Virus record (IMG/VR): IMGVR_UViG_3300005676_000020
Location: 32,001-96,000 of that record
DNA: 64,000 nt
From: a virus
Reading direction: 5' to 3' (one strand)
In this document: positions 55,744 through 64,000 of the stretch, piece by piece
Position numbering within the stretch: the first letter of the stretch is position 1
How the letters are laid out: each line of letters starts with the position of its first letter
The notes under the pieces: model-generated
Databases searched by the model: none
What the model saw: only the letters and a program-made list of their open reading frames with translations
What the model was told of the DNA's origin: nothing
Position numbers and translations under genes: made by a program

Positions 55744-56125
55744 TTCTGTGTTTTTGGAATGATGTCCACAAGGACTCAATGTTTTCAGCTCCCACAGGGT
55801 TGTGAGAGTGGATAAGCACCATAGGTAGCCTATCCGTCCATTTCTCGAGCAGTCTATCTATCATAAACTGCATACAGTGGTAGCCGGTCTTCTCTTTGAA
55901 GTCATTGTAATTGGTTCCGGCAAAGGCGTAATGCTCATCGGCGAGGTCATGGTCGAAAGACACTATATCAGGCATACCTCTTTGGTTTATAGCCTTAACA
56001 AACTCTTCATATGACTTTACGACCACCCATTCGTTATTAGTGTATTCTCCGGCATATTTAGGATGTGCATAAGAAGCCACCTCTCCTGGGCTACGCCGGT
56101 CGTCAAGGAACAAGTTATAACTCAT
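55727..56125 (-). CDS. Cyclic-phosphate-processing receiver-like domain protein
   Basis: LFLDD.R, SYEEF, SFDHDL, TGY, HSHNPVG. Confidence 0.85.
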   Translation of the reverse strand: MSYNLFLDDRRSPGEVASYAHPKYAGEYTNNEWVVVKSYEEFVKAINQRGMPDIVSFDHDLADEHYAFAGTNYNDFKEKTGYHCMQFMIDRLLEKWTDRLPMVLIHSHNPVGAENIESLWTSFQKHRNGNYY

Positions 56126-56142
56126 AAGTTTTCTTTGCTTTT

Positions 56143-56170
56143 AAAAAATACAGGCCGTAGAAACGGCCCG
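56143..56170 (-). terminator. Intrinsic terminator
   Basis: GGCCGT/ACGGCC stem with U-tract on minus strand. Confidence 0.6.
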
Positions 56171-56199
56171 TCTTGCTTGTGTCCATAATCCTAAACCAA

Positions 56200-56397
56200 T
56201 TACCTGAAACCACCACCTATCAATCTTTTACCGACGGCCACTGGCGATTTGTGGTCTCTTTCACATTTTTCTGCAAACTTACAGAAGGCGGCGTTCGTCT
56301 GGATACATCTTCCAAACTTGTTCAGGTAACGGCGGAAACGACTGAACGAATTAACTATCTCCTCAGAGATAGCTGTACTGTAGACAGGCTTTGACAT
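56200..56397 (-). CDS. Small hypothetical protein
   Basis: ORF. Confidence 0.5.
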   Translation of the reverse strand: MSKPVYSTAISEEIVNSFSRFRRYLNKFGRCIQTNAAFCKFAEKCERDHKSPVAVGKRLIGGGFR

Positions 56398-56408
56398 ATG
56401 CTTAGGTT

Positions 56409-56597
56409 TTAGTGATTTGCACAGTTGCCCTTGTGGGTTATTTGACCCTTGTATTCAAGGTACTCACACCCGTCAATGACCTTGACGGTATACCTGACAC
56501 CACTTACATCAGCTTTTTGAGGCTGCATGAAGAGCGCCACTGATATTAAGAATGTCACTATCATGATGAAAATCGTCACCTTATATCTGTTGTTCAT
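56409..56597 (-). CDS. Small membrane-anchored protein (IDGCEY...THKGNC)
   Basis: TM segment plus Cys motif. Confidence 0.65.
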   Translation of the reverse strand: MNNRYKVTIFIMIVTFLISVALFMQPQKADVSGVRYTVKVIDGCEYLEYKGQITHKGNCANH

Positions 56598-56746
56598 ATT
56601 ACTTTGTGGTATTAAAGATTACGGCATCTCTTATCCTTTTGACCCTGAATCCGTAGACGGCCGTGTCCATAAGGTCGGCCAAGTCCCCTGTCCAGAGGTC
56701 TGCAGATACAAAAACAGGAAGGAAATGAAACTTCGGATGGTCTGCT

Positions 56747-57067
56747 TTACATATAATCAACCTCTCTCCCGGAGTCCATCGATGTATCCTTACCCTCGGC
56801 ATCCTTTTTTTTGAGATACTTTCTTGTTTTGACATAAGCCCAATGAAATGCTGTTTTGTAGATGATTTCTTCTGTTCCGTGATTGACACGACCTTCCTCT
56901 ATCCTTATCCAAGTCCTCTCCTCTTCGTAGTTAATTAAGCTGAGCTTAGCAAGCTTCAATTCCCAGAACAGATTAATGAGTATTAGAATAGGCACAACTA
57001 CTATCAGAAAAATCTGATAGAGCAGAGCTGCGGTAAAGAACCAGAGGGGGATAAGAATGTATTTCAT
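56747..57067 (-). CDS. Hypothetical membrane protein
   Basis: Hydrophobic N-terminus. Confidence 0.55.
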   Translation of the reverse strand: MKYILIPLWFFTAALLYQIFLIVVVPILILINLFWELKLAKLSLINYEEERTWIRIEEGRVNHGTEEIIYKTAFHWAYVKTRKYLKKKDAEGKDTSMDSGREVDYM

Positions 57068-57339
57068 AAGAAGTTGTATTTTTCCTCAATAGTGCAGATT
57101 ATCTCAGCCAGGGCTCTCATGCTCATTGCCCGGGCGTGGTAGATGTCTGTTTCTGAACCAGGGCTGTTCTTTAGCAGAGACACTGTATCGCAGGTCTGTT
57201 TGAGCTCTTTGATAATGTCCGATTCACTGGAAGTGACCATGTTGATTAGATGTCTCTTGCAACTCTCCAATAATTCAAGGTTTCCTTCCTTAGTTTGGAG
57301 TGATATTAAATGTTTTGCTATTTCCGACCTTTCCATCAT
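57064..57339 (-). CDS. Hypothetical protein, paralog of 57290..57565
   Basis: Shared C-terminal A..I..IE.KY.L. Confidence 0.6.
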   Translation of the reverse strand: MMERSEIAKHLISLQTKEGNLELLESCKRHLINMVTSSESDIIKELKQTCDTVSLLKNSPGSETDIYHARAMSMRALAEIICTIEEKYNFL

Positions 57340-57565
57340 CTTCTAAAAGTTTATATTTTCTTTCAATTTCTGCTATTAAATCAGCAGCGTGTGATAATCT
57401 TCTGAGTCTTGTCTCTGACAACGGTCTGCTAGAGTCTGTCTTCTTGCAACGCTCTATCAACTCTTCTTTGGAGCAGGTTAAGTCTTTCTCTATCAAGCGT
57501 TTCAAGTAATCTCTGTATTGCAAGGCTTCTTCCCTTGACATCCCTTTTATATGATCCGACAACAT
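57290..57565 (-). CDS. Hypothetical protein, paralog of 57064..57339
   Basis: As above. Confidence 0.6.
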   Translation of the reverse strand: MLSDHIKGMSREEALQYRDYLKRLIEKDLTCSKEELIERCKKTDSSRPLSETRLRRLSHAADLIAEIERKYKLLEDDGKVGNSKTFNITPN

Positions 57566-58064
57566 GTATAAGCGGTATTATTTTTTTGTAAAGATTGTTA
57601 GGTTGAACTCTTACCAGCTTTCCATCTGAAAAGAAGGCGTTAATGGTCATGGATGACTCCTCTATAGGATAGGGTCTCTCAACCCTCTCAACCTCTATGA
57701 CCTTGACTATCTCCTTATCAGCCAAGTAGAATGGCCTTAGAAAGCAGAATGTATCGACTATAGTACCATCCTGATAGAACAGAGTATGGTTATCTAAGAC
57801 GATGATAAAAGACCCTTTAGGACTTGACTCAAGGAACTTGGCAATTCCTCCTCTTGGCTGGGTAATATTTATAACCTTACCCAGGCCTTTTGCAACGTTT
57901 ATAACATCTTCTGTACGGCAACCCTTTTCTGGGTCATTCGTATGCCACATAAATCTGAAAAGAGCTTCGTTATATGCAATGTAGTGAGCTTCGGCTACGG
58001 CCGTCACACAGCAGGTTCCGAATCTGAATCTTATTCGGTTAGGAACTATGGTTATGGATGTCAT
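57429..58064 (-). CDS. Papain-fold (C39-like) peptidase-like protein
   Basis: C.V.A.A ... H....DG...DT pattern. Confidence 0.5.
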   Translation of the reverse strand: MTSITIVPNRIRFRFGTCCVTAVAEAHYIAYNEALFRFMWHTNDPEKGCRTEDVINVAKGLGKVINITQPRGGIAKFLESSPKGSFIIVLDNHTLFYQDGTIVDTFCFLRPFYLADKEIVKVIEVERVERPYPIEESSMTINAFFSDGKLVRVQPNNLYKKIIPLIHVVGSYKRDVKGRSLAIQRLLETLDRERLNLLQRRVDRALQEDRL

Positions 58065-58333
58065 TCCACGTAGATTATGGGTGTTAACTTTCGCCTTAGC
58101 ATTATGTCGCTAAGAACTTTACCATCAGAACCGGCGCTTATCGACTTTTGAATAACCCCTTCCAGAGAAGCTTCCTCCACATACAAACCGCCTTTAAAAA
58201 CGGTTCTGTAGAAAACCCCCCATTTCTGCCAAGTGATACCGTTGCATTTAAGAAACAAAAGGCTCGGTCTGTTAACTTCTTCGAAATATTGGATGCATGT
58301 TGTAGTACTCATCTGATACCAGTTTGCCTTCAA
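58061..58333 (-). CDS. Paralog family member (SLE..., ends IIYVE)
   Basis: Shared motif with neighbours. Confidence 0.55.
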   Translation of the reverse strand: MKANWYQMSTTTCIQYFEEVNRPSLLFLKCNGITWQKWGVFYRTVFKGGLYVEEASLEGVIQKSISAGSDGKVLSDIMLRRKLTPIIYVE

Positions 58334-58598
58334 TTATGATTTCTTCGACTATCGGTCGGTTAGCTTTGGTCACCTCACCTTTCTCCTTTACAATCCTTGA
58401 AGCTTCTTCAAAGCTGCATTTTATAATCTCCGTCACTCCTTGTCTTGTATGGGCAACAAGTTTTCCAGACTCAAAAGAGTACTGGAATATTCCGACTGCA
58501 TAAGCTGTAGAAGTGTCACGCCTCTCATTGAGGGACCAGTAAACCCCATCTACTTCCAGTATGACTGTGTTTACTGTGGTTGTATAATACTTTATCAT
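58272..58598 (-). CDS. Paralog family member (CSFEEASRIV)
   Basis: Shared motif. Confidence 0.6.
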   Translation of the reverse strand: MIKYYTTTVNTVILEVDGVYWSLNERRDTSTAYAVGIFQYSFESGKLVAHTRQGVTEIIKCSFEEASRIVKEKGEVTKANRPIVEEIIIEGKLVSDEYYNMHPIFRRS

Positions 58599-58873
58599 TC
58601 AATGTAGATTACCGGTTTAGCAACTTTTTTCATGGAGAATACTGTGCATGGGCCAGCAGCCCGAACTCTTTCTGAAGCTTCTTCCAGAGTACAACAGACT
58701 TCTCTATTTCCTACCATTCTGAAGTGACCGGTTCCTGTAAAATACTTGTTAATTTTTGTGCCGGGACCATGTTTCGAAAGGAGAACTGTTCTGCCAACTC
58801 TATACCAAACAACCTCATCACATACCAAAAACACAAACCCGTTCCCATCTTCGTAGTGTGGATAAGTTCTCAT
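58595..58873 (-). CDS. Paralog family member (CTLEEASERV)
   Basis: Shared motif. Confidence 0.6.
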   Translation of the reverse strand: MRTYPHYEDGNGFVFLVCDEVVWYRVGRTVLLSKHGPGTKINKYFTGTGHFRMVGNREVCCTLEEASERVRAAGPCTVFSMKKVAKPVIYIE

Positions 58874-59127
58874 TTTACCATCAGGGGTCTATTCTTCATT
58901 ATATAATCAGTGAAATGTTGGGCCACGTGGTGGCCGTTAGAGGGGATTCCGCAGCGATGCTCCAATATAACCTCGAAGAGAAGGCATCCTATGTTGTATA
59001 CCCCTCTTTCAGTCTCAAAACCTGTCATTTTAATCTCAAGGTAAGCTTCCAGGAAGGTATCTGAAACAACAGACCGGTAGCGCCCGTTGAGCTCTTCCCT
59101 TACGAACTTTTGGATGACTTCTTTCAT
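58870..59127 (-). CDS. Hypothetical protein
   Basis: Coupled ORF. Confidence 0.55.
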   Translation of the reverse strand: MKEVIQKFVREELNGRYRSVVSDTFLEAYLEIKMTGFETERGVYNIGCLLFEVILEHRCGIPSNGHHVAQHFTDYIMKNRPLMVK

Positions 59128-59363
59128 AGCTTAGTTATTTTATAGCCGAGTTCCTGAAGACAGTCGTCAAGAGTCTTTAAAGACATTTGACCGACGACAT
59201 ACACATTCTTTAACTGCATTACAACAGCTAAAGAGGGCTGGTCCTCTTTGTCCCCATCCCTCTTTATATGGAGTTCAACAGGGGTCATTTCGACTAAAGA
59301 TGTTTTGTCGGACAGGTCTATCATGCCGGTACCGTGGTCAAAGGTTTTCATGTAAGTTGCCAT
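59124..59363 (-). CDS. Hypothetical protein
   Basis: ORF. Confidence 0.55.
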   Translation of the reverse strand: MATYMKTFDHGTGMIDLSDKTSLVEMTPVELHIKRDGDKEDQPSLAVVMQLKNVYVVGQMSLKTLDDCLQELGYKITKL

Positions 59364-59366
59364 ATC

Positions 59367-59804
59367 TTATTGATTGTCAAGCATTTCAAGTTGTTGTTTA
59401 AACATACCCTCAACCTCACCGTTCTTATCCGGGAGTATGAGTCTTAGCACAGGACGACCAAGCTCTTTAGCCTCAATGAAGTAGGTTTTCAGACCACCCG
59501 CAAGGATATCTGTGTATACCTTACCTGGTTCAAACACCTCACCTCCCTTAATACGGTTGACTATCAGATTGGCTATACCATGTAGGGCGTTTTGATCAGC
59601 AGGAACACAAATCTGAATATCTTTATGCCCAAAGTTCTCCTGGAGACCGTGGGTGTGATAATTAGTTTCGAACGGACATTTAATGTCGTCAAATACGTAG
59701 TGGCCTACCCACCCGTATTTCTCCATGAGCGGCTGCTGGTCTTTACCAGAGTCGCAGGTCATGATACTACCGTCTTTTCTTACAAAAGAGTGTGTCTTTT
59801 CCAT
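59367..59804 (-). CDS. DUF4262-like protein
   Basis: KYGW..HYV, YHT.GL...F.H.DI. Confidence 0.7.
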   Translation of the reverse strand: MEKTHSFVRKDGSIMTCDSGKDQQPLMEKYGWVGHYVFDDIKCPFETNYHTHGLQENFGHKDIQICVPADQNALHGIANLIVNRIKGGEVFEPGKVYTDILAGGLKTYFIEAKELGRPVLRLILPDKNGEVEGMFKQQLEMLDNQ

Positions 59805-59810
59805 TGTTTA

Positions 59811-60036
59811 TCAGTTTACGACAATCACTTCCCTAAGGAGTTTCCTGTCTTTACTATTTAGTTTATGAAATGCCCGGACGCTAGCTTTAGGTCTCATCTT
59901 TTTTACTATCTGCTCAGCCTTTTTGAAGCTGACGTTTCTGAATACTTCTGGGTATTCAAGTCCCTACTAACTCGGCTTCTCCCCAGAACTGTCTTGCGGT
60001 AGCATTGGGATTAGGTCTAACTACAAAATGTATCAT
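59811..60036 (-). pseudogene. Frameshifted/deleted paralog (MIHFVV... then RNVSFKKAEQIV... in another frame)
   Basis: N-terminus like 60046..60399, stop after 26 aa, family motif in shifted frame. Confidence 0.6.
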
Positions 60037-60412
60037 AGAGTTGGTTTATGCTAAAAATACCTCAGATACTATGTCTCTGGCAGTGTAAATGTAGTGGGGA
60101 TGTATTCCTTCCTCTTTTATAGCCGGGTCTGATAATACAAGTTCCTGGGCTTCTTCAAGACTTATATCCGACGCAATAAACACACTGTTACTGAAAAGGG
60201 TTCTTTTTCTACAATCGTATCGGAGAACTCTTAACGTCTTTGCGCTTGACGTCATATACTGCTCTGGACCTTCTCCGGGATATAGTGGAATCAGAACTTT
60301 CCAAAACATGAGGGACGTAAAAGTTCCAACATCTTCTATTTCCGCCATATCTTCACCTTTCGAGTTCTTTCTTCTTCTTGTCACAATAAAATGTACCATA
60401 GAGTTGGTTTAT
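60034..60412. repeat. Direct repeat CATAGAGTTGGTTTAT (60034-60049, 60397-60412) with further flanking similarity; tandem duplication
   Basis: Identical 16-mer spanning stop/leader/start of tandem paralogs. Confidence 0.8.
60046..60399 (-). CDS. Paralog family member (ISLEEAQELV)
   Basis: Similar to 60409 ORF. Confidence 0.65.
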   Translation of the reverse strand: MVHFIVTRRRKNSKGEDMAEIEDVGTFTSLMFWKVLIPLYPGEGPEQYMTSSAKTLRVLRYDCRKRTLFSNSVFIASDISLEEAQELVLSDPAIKEEGIHPHYIYTARDIVSEVFLA

Positions 60413-60640
60413 ACTACAAATATCTCAGAGATAATGTCTTTAGCAGACGCTGTATAGTACTGATAAATCCCTGATTTCTTGCTACATATGTCAGCCAGTA
60501 CAATCTCTTCCGCTTGTTGGATAGTTACATTCTTGGCAATACGTTTTTTATTCCGATACAGTTCTTTAGACTCGTAGTCATATAAGAATATAACTTCCAT
60601 AGAGCCGGTAGCCACCATGTAGAAGCCGTCCGAGGGTGTC
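60409..60640 (-). pseudogene. Paralog whose 5' end is replaced by the gltX fragment
   Basis: C-terminus AKDIISEIFVV versus ARDIVSEVFLA; N-terminus missing. Confidence 0.55.
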
Positions 60641-60820
60641 AAAAATGTATTCTTCTGCACCGGGCACATAGCGGGTCTGGTCAGTATCTTCTATTCTTAC
60701 AATGAAATCTCCGTGATATTTTTTGGCAAACAGGTAGTTGTATAAAACTGTTCTTACACCACCCAGGTGCAAGCCACCGGTAGGACTTGGTGCAAACCGA
60801 ACCCTTACTTTTTTACTCAT
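60578..60820 (-). CDS. gltX: N-terminal fragment (about 62 aa) of glutamyl-tRNA synthetase
   Basis: [45 protein letters not shown]. Confidence 0.9.
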   Translation of the reverse strand: MSKKVRVRFAPSPTGGLHLGGVRTVLYNYLFAKKYHGDFIVRIEDTDQTRYVPGAEEYIFDTLGRLLHGGYRLYGSYILI

Positions 60821-60837
60821 AGATAGTGTATTATTGA

Positions 60838-61149
60838 TTATTCCATGAGGTAGGGCACCTCTTTATTACCTGCTTTAAGGTAGTCTTTCTGTTCTTCTGT
60901 CAGTACACGGCGTATATAGGAGATTTGCATCCTTTTCCGAATCGGCACAGACATATCCTGAAGGTCTTCGTCTATCTCCAGGCCAGTGTCCCGGTCGAAT
61001 TCCCAGACACATTTTATCCTGTCCTCGGTTACTTCTGCAACGATAAGGTATACAGGTATGCTAAAAGCCAGCATTCTTTCAATGACGTCGCCGACCTTTA
61101 TGCTGTGAAGAACCTCCTTTGACAGAGGGTTATAAGTTACATTTGCCAT
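60838..61149 (-). CDS. Hypothetical protein (VGD.I.R.L, W.FD..TG.EID)
   Basis: ORF. Confidence 0.65.
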   Translation of the reverse strand: MANVTYNPLSKEVLHSIKVGDVIERMLAFSIPVYLIVAEVTEDRIKCVWEFDRDTGLEIDEDLQDMSVPIRKRMQISYIRRVLTEEQKDYLKAGNKEVPYLME

Positions 61150-61176
61150 AAACTACTATTAATGGTTAGGTTGAGA

Positions 61177-61208
61177 ACAAAAAAGCCCGCTATAGACATA
61201 GCCGGCTA
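61177..61208 (-). terminator. Intrinsic terminator
   Basis: AGCC.GCTAT/ATAGC.GGCT stem, U-tract on minus strand. Confidence 0.6.
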
Positions 61209-61215
61209 AAACTAT

Positions 61216-61494
61216 TCATATGGAAGAAGAAACTATCATTAGTATGGCCACAATACATAGAAGTATGGTATTACGACACGCCTGTAGCTCAATAAGGCGC
61301 TTTTCTTTGCTGTATTTTGTCAGTGGCTTCATAGCCCAGGCATCTAGCCAGAAGCCAGCCATGACCAAAAGAAGGCCTCCTGGGAACATTGTAAGCCACA
61401 AGGTATTCCCAATTAGCTCCTCCATGAAGCCGTTCAACCGGGCTATTGCTGCTATGATGACAGTCAAGCCTAAAATAGCTAATACGTATTTCAT
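61216..61494 (-). CDS. Small membrane protein
   Basis: Three TM segments. Confidence 0.6.
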   Translation of the reverse strand: MKYVLAILGLTVIIAAIARLNGFMEELIGNTLWLTMFPGGLLLVMAGFWLDAWAMKPLTKYSKEKRLIELQACRNTILLCIVAILMIVSSSI

Positions 61495-61495
61495 A

Positions 61496-61702
61496 TCAGT
61501 TTAGTTTTGAAAGGTGATTTACGATGATATAGATAGCCTCAAGCAGGGTGCTGGCCCCAGATACTATCATGATGACAGCATGTACCATTGGATATTCCTT
61601 GGTTACGTCAACACTTATTATGCCTTCCAGCAGTAATAGTATGGAAGCAATAACAAATATCGCCATAAGGGCGATAAGAATAAAAGCTACAGCAGGGTGC
61701 AT
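61496..61702 (-). CDS. Small membrane protein
   Basis: Two TM segments. Confidence 0.6.
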   Translation of the reverse strand: MHPAVAFILIALMAIFVIASILLLLEGIISVDVTKEYPMVHAVIMIVSGASTLLEAIYIIVNHLSKLN

Positions 61703-61851
61703 AATAGAAGATTTACTAATGAGCTGGTAGTTACTATTATCACGAAGAGGTCTTGCCCCTCCGGCAGGGAATATCCTGGGCGGCTTACTACTTCACAGCA
61801 TCCTGTCGATACCAGCACCATTGCCGCGTGAATGTATACCATTTCTATCAT
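61687..61851 (-). CDS. Small hydrophobic protein, 54 aa
   Basis: Manually translated; ATGA-coupled. Confidence 0.4.
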   Translation of the reverse strand: MIEMVYIHAAMVLVSTGCCEVVSRPGYSLPEGQDLFVIIVTTSSLVNLLLCTLL

Positions 61852-62015
61852 TTTCTTAAACCTATTAGCAGTGACACACCAAGGCCTATAGCGATAAAGG
61901 CCGGGAATATGGCGATGAGCAGCTGTGGAACTGTCTTGGCTATAGGCACAAACATTGCCCCGAGCATGGCTCCTATTACTATCATCGACCAGGCGCAGAA
62001 TCTTATTGTTTTCAT
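61848..62015 (-). CDS. Small membrane protein, 55 aa (MKTIRFCAW...)
   Basis: Manually translated; two TM segments. Confidence 0.55.
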   Translation of the reverse strand: MKTIRFCAWSMIVIGAMLGAMFVPIAKTVPQLLIAIFPAFIAIGLGVSLLIGLRK

Positions 62016-62232
62016 TGCTGACAAGTATTTTCGTCTTTAATCTTAGTGTGGATTCGCTTTCTCAATAACTCTAAATCTTCCAGGTCGTTATAGCGAAATG
62101 ATGAAATCAGGGATGCTATTTCCAATACCAGTCGTCTTGACAGGTCAGTAAAAAGACCTAATATGAAAGCTGTTCAATTTATGGCACTAATGTAAGTTTA
62201 TTGGCACAGGAGCCATTATTGGGTACTACCAG

Positions 62233-62553
62233 CTATGATCCCCTAAGCACCAGCTTTGGTGTTCCGGTGCGAAATCCGATAGTACCGTGGGTAAAGTCAA
62301 TACTTTTTTTGTCCTGGAATAGTTCAGGATTGCTTTCAGCGTAAGCCTGAAGTACTTCAAAGGCTTCCTCCTTTTCATCTTGTAGTTTGCTGATGCTTCC
62401 TTCGTACTTTTCTTTTACCGCTGTTATTTCGGTATTCATTTTGCCCTGCTGCACTTCCAGCCGGGATACACATGAGTTATAGCGGGCAAATGCTTCTTCG
62501 GCAGTATCCCGGTTTACCTCTGTGATTAGTTTTTTGCTCTGTCTTGTTGCCAT
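62233..62553 (-). pseudogene. gam: Mu Gam-like host-nuclease inhibitor, C-terminally truncated
   Basis: LQAYAE.N.ELF..KKS..F..G.IGFRTGTPKL then abrupt end. Confidence 0.8.
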
Positions 62554-62581
62554 CTGATTGGTTTTTATATTGATAAAATTG

Positions 62582-62788
62582 TTACATGATCTCAGCCTGC
62601 TTTTGCAGGTAGTGGCTGCTCAGCTCGTCCAGGGCACTGGCCCTTTCTTTTGCATCTGCACTGTGCATAAACTGCTCATTGAACCTGTCCATCATATCAT
62701 GGCATACAATAAGCTGCTCGTTATTAATACAGCTGTCAATACAGCGTAGTATCATTTCTTTGTAAGGGTTAAATAGTTCTTTCTTCAT
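62582..62788 (-). CDS. Mu-like prophage hypothetical protein
   Basis: Coupled ORF next to gam. Confidence 0.55.
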   Translation of the reverse strand: MKKELFNPYKEMILRCIDSCINNEQLIVCHDMMDRFNEQFMHSADAKERASALDELSSHYLQKQAEIM

Positions 62789-63090
62789 GCTGAATATTTT
62801 TGATGTACTGTGTTTAAGGTTTGTTGAATGAGGTTTTGTGTAAACGGGTCAGCCTTGCTGGTATTGAATTTTGAGAAAAACATATAAAAGGCACAGGCTT
62901 CGTCTGCTTCAATACTTATGCTGTATTTCTTTTTCACCTCGATGGCTTTTCGATAAAATTTTTTATATAATCTGAAAAGGGTGCCATGCAATACATGAGC
63001 TTCAATGCCTTTTGGTGTAATGGCTGTACATACATTGGCCAGTAACTGGTATAAGGCTGTAAACTCTGCGTATGTCATTTTCATTTTCAT
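62785..63090 (-). CDS. Mu-like prophage hypothetical protein
   Basis: Coupled ORF. Confidence 0.55.
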   Translation of the reverse strand: MKMKMTYAEFTALYQLLANVCTAITPKGIEAHVLHGTLFRLYKKFYRKAIEVKKKYSISIEADEACAFYMFFSKFNTSKADPFTQNLIQQTLNTVHQKYSA

Positions 63091-63431
63091 TGGTTGATTA
63101 TCTTATTCACCTGTTCGCTGATGGGTGTGTAGTAGGGCATATATAGCTCATCATTGGTATCAATCATATTCTGCACCTTATCCCTGGCATGTAGTACAGT
63201 GGAGTGATCTCTGTTGATGCTGTTACCAATTTCTATACTTGTTTTGCCCGACAGGTTCATTGCAAACCAGCAATAGAGATGCCTGGCAATGATTATTGAA
63301 CTTTTTCTCGGCCCCCTGATAACATCTTCTTTGCTTACCTCACAATTCCTGCAAACAATGTGCATTAGCTGATCAAGGTTTATTTCTTTGAATTTGATGT
63401 TGATGGTTACTTTTATTTTCTTTCGCACCAC
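63087..63431 (-). CDS. DnaA C-terminal-like HTH protein, probably 5'-truncated
   Basis: R....ARH, EIG..INRDHSTVLHA. Confidence 0.75.
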   Translation of the reverse strand: MVRKKIKVTINIKFKEINLDQLMHIVCRNCEVSKEDVIRGPRKSSIIIARHLYCWFAMNLSGKTSIEIGNSINRDHSTVLHARDKVQNMIDTNDELYMPYYTPISEQVNKIINQ

Positions 63432-63453
63432 AGCGGCTATATCATCAATGCAC

Positions 63454-63825
63454 TCAGTAGTGCCACTGCATACGGGTTACACTGTCCTTCAATGCAATCA
63501 TTCTGTCAGCCATGGCAATAGCTTCTTCCGGCTTACCGGCCTTTTTTAGCAGCCGGTAAGCCAGCTTGCTATATATATATTGGTTGGCAAAACTGCTGTC
63601 TCTTTTAGAAAGTTCAATACTTTCCTTGATATAGTTAAGTGCTTCATCAAACCGGTTTTCCTTTTCATAAAGGAGGGCAATTTCCTCATTTATGCTACTT
63701 CCGTTGGTGACCAGGTTTTGTGCCAGCAGAGTTTTTTTAACCGACAAGAGGAAAGCCACTTTCTGTTCCAACGTTTTATCGCCCCAATCCATTTTTAGAA
63801 AACTATGGAGCCAAATAAGGTACAA
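63454..63825 (-). pseudogene. Fragment of a bacterial TPR-containing sensor protein
   Basis: IALLY...RFDEALNY..S, Y..L...G..EEA....LKDS; cut off after LKDSV. Confidence 0.6.
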
Positions 63826-64000
63826 GATAACCGGCTTATTGGCCTGAACAAATCGCAGATACTAATTTCAAATAATCAATGTGGTGCTTTTGCAGGTATC
63901 TTCCTTCGTAGTTGTTTTCTCTGAGTTTCATATTGCTATGCATTTATTGATAAATAACCTGTAGTTGATAATACTTTAAACTCTACCACCCATACCCATG

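Larger units (their letters stand above)
1..62170. mobile_element. Large Bacteroidota phage genome segment, crAss-like organisation
   Basis: Giant + strand virion-type gene converging on a minus-strand PolB/primase/SSB/AAA_24/DnaB/RNR block; dense small ORFs; TAnnTTTG promoters. Confidence 0.85.

Noticed and set aside
59800-60450. CRISPR array or DGR repeat
   Set aside because: Only two copies, explained by tandem gene duplication; no reverse transcriptase or cas genes
63087-63431. Chromosomal dnaA/oriC
   Set aside because: Only the C-terminal HTH is present, in a Gam-linked Mu-like context
1-64000. Stop-codon reassignment as in some crAss-like phages
   Set aside because: Long genes are intact in the standard code, TAA, TAG and TGA all end well-supported genes, and no suppressor tRNA is seen

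Overview
Almost the whole window (1 to about 62.2 kb) is a segment of a large Bacteroidota phage with crAss-like (Crassvirales-type) organisation, read in the standard genetic code. On the + strand is the end of the virion/ejected-protein block: a partial gene with a macro-like domain, a CPBP protease and a 3121-aa giant protein. This converges at about 10.4 kb with a long minus-strand block. That block holds replication and nucleotide genes (class II RNR with two inteins, dUTPase, RecA, PD-(D/E)XK exonuclease, UDG, primase, SSB, AAA_24 ATPase, SF2 and DnaB helicases, minimal ATP ligase, PolB) and about 60 small accessory genes. Bacteroidota-type TAnnTTTG promoters point to the host phylum. 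Highlights: (1) a contiguous phage ubiquitin-like conjugation operon (Ubl ending KSG-EVV, two Cys-retaining E2-like proteins, a JAB/JAMM protease and a ThiF/E1), plus an ARC/Mpa-like proteasomal ATPase 19 kb away; (2) a highly structured ~640-nt ncRNA candidate split by an antisense GIY-YIG gene; (3) RNR inteins with class 3 features; (4) a possible tRNA-Lys protection/repair neighbourhood; (5) a captured gltX 5' fragment; (6) a PolB with His at the steric-gate position. The last 1.8 kb is a mosaic of truncated Mu-like prophage and bacterial gene pieces, either a junction or an assembly chimera. All calls come from motif recognition by eye; no database searches were run.
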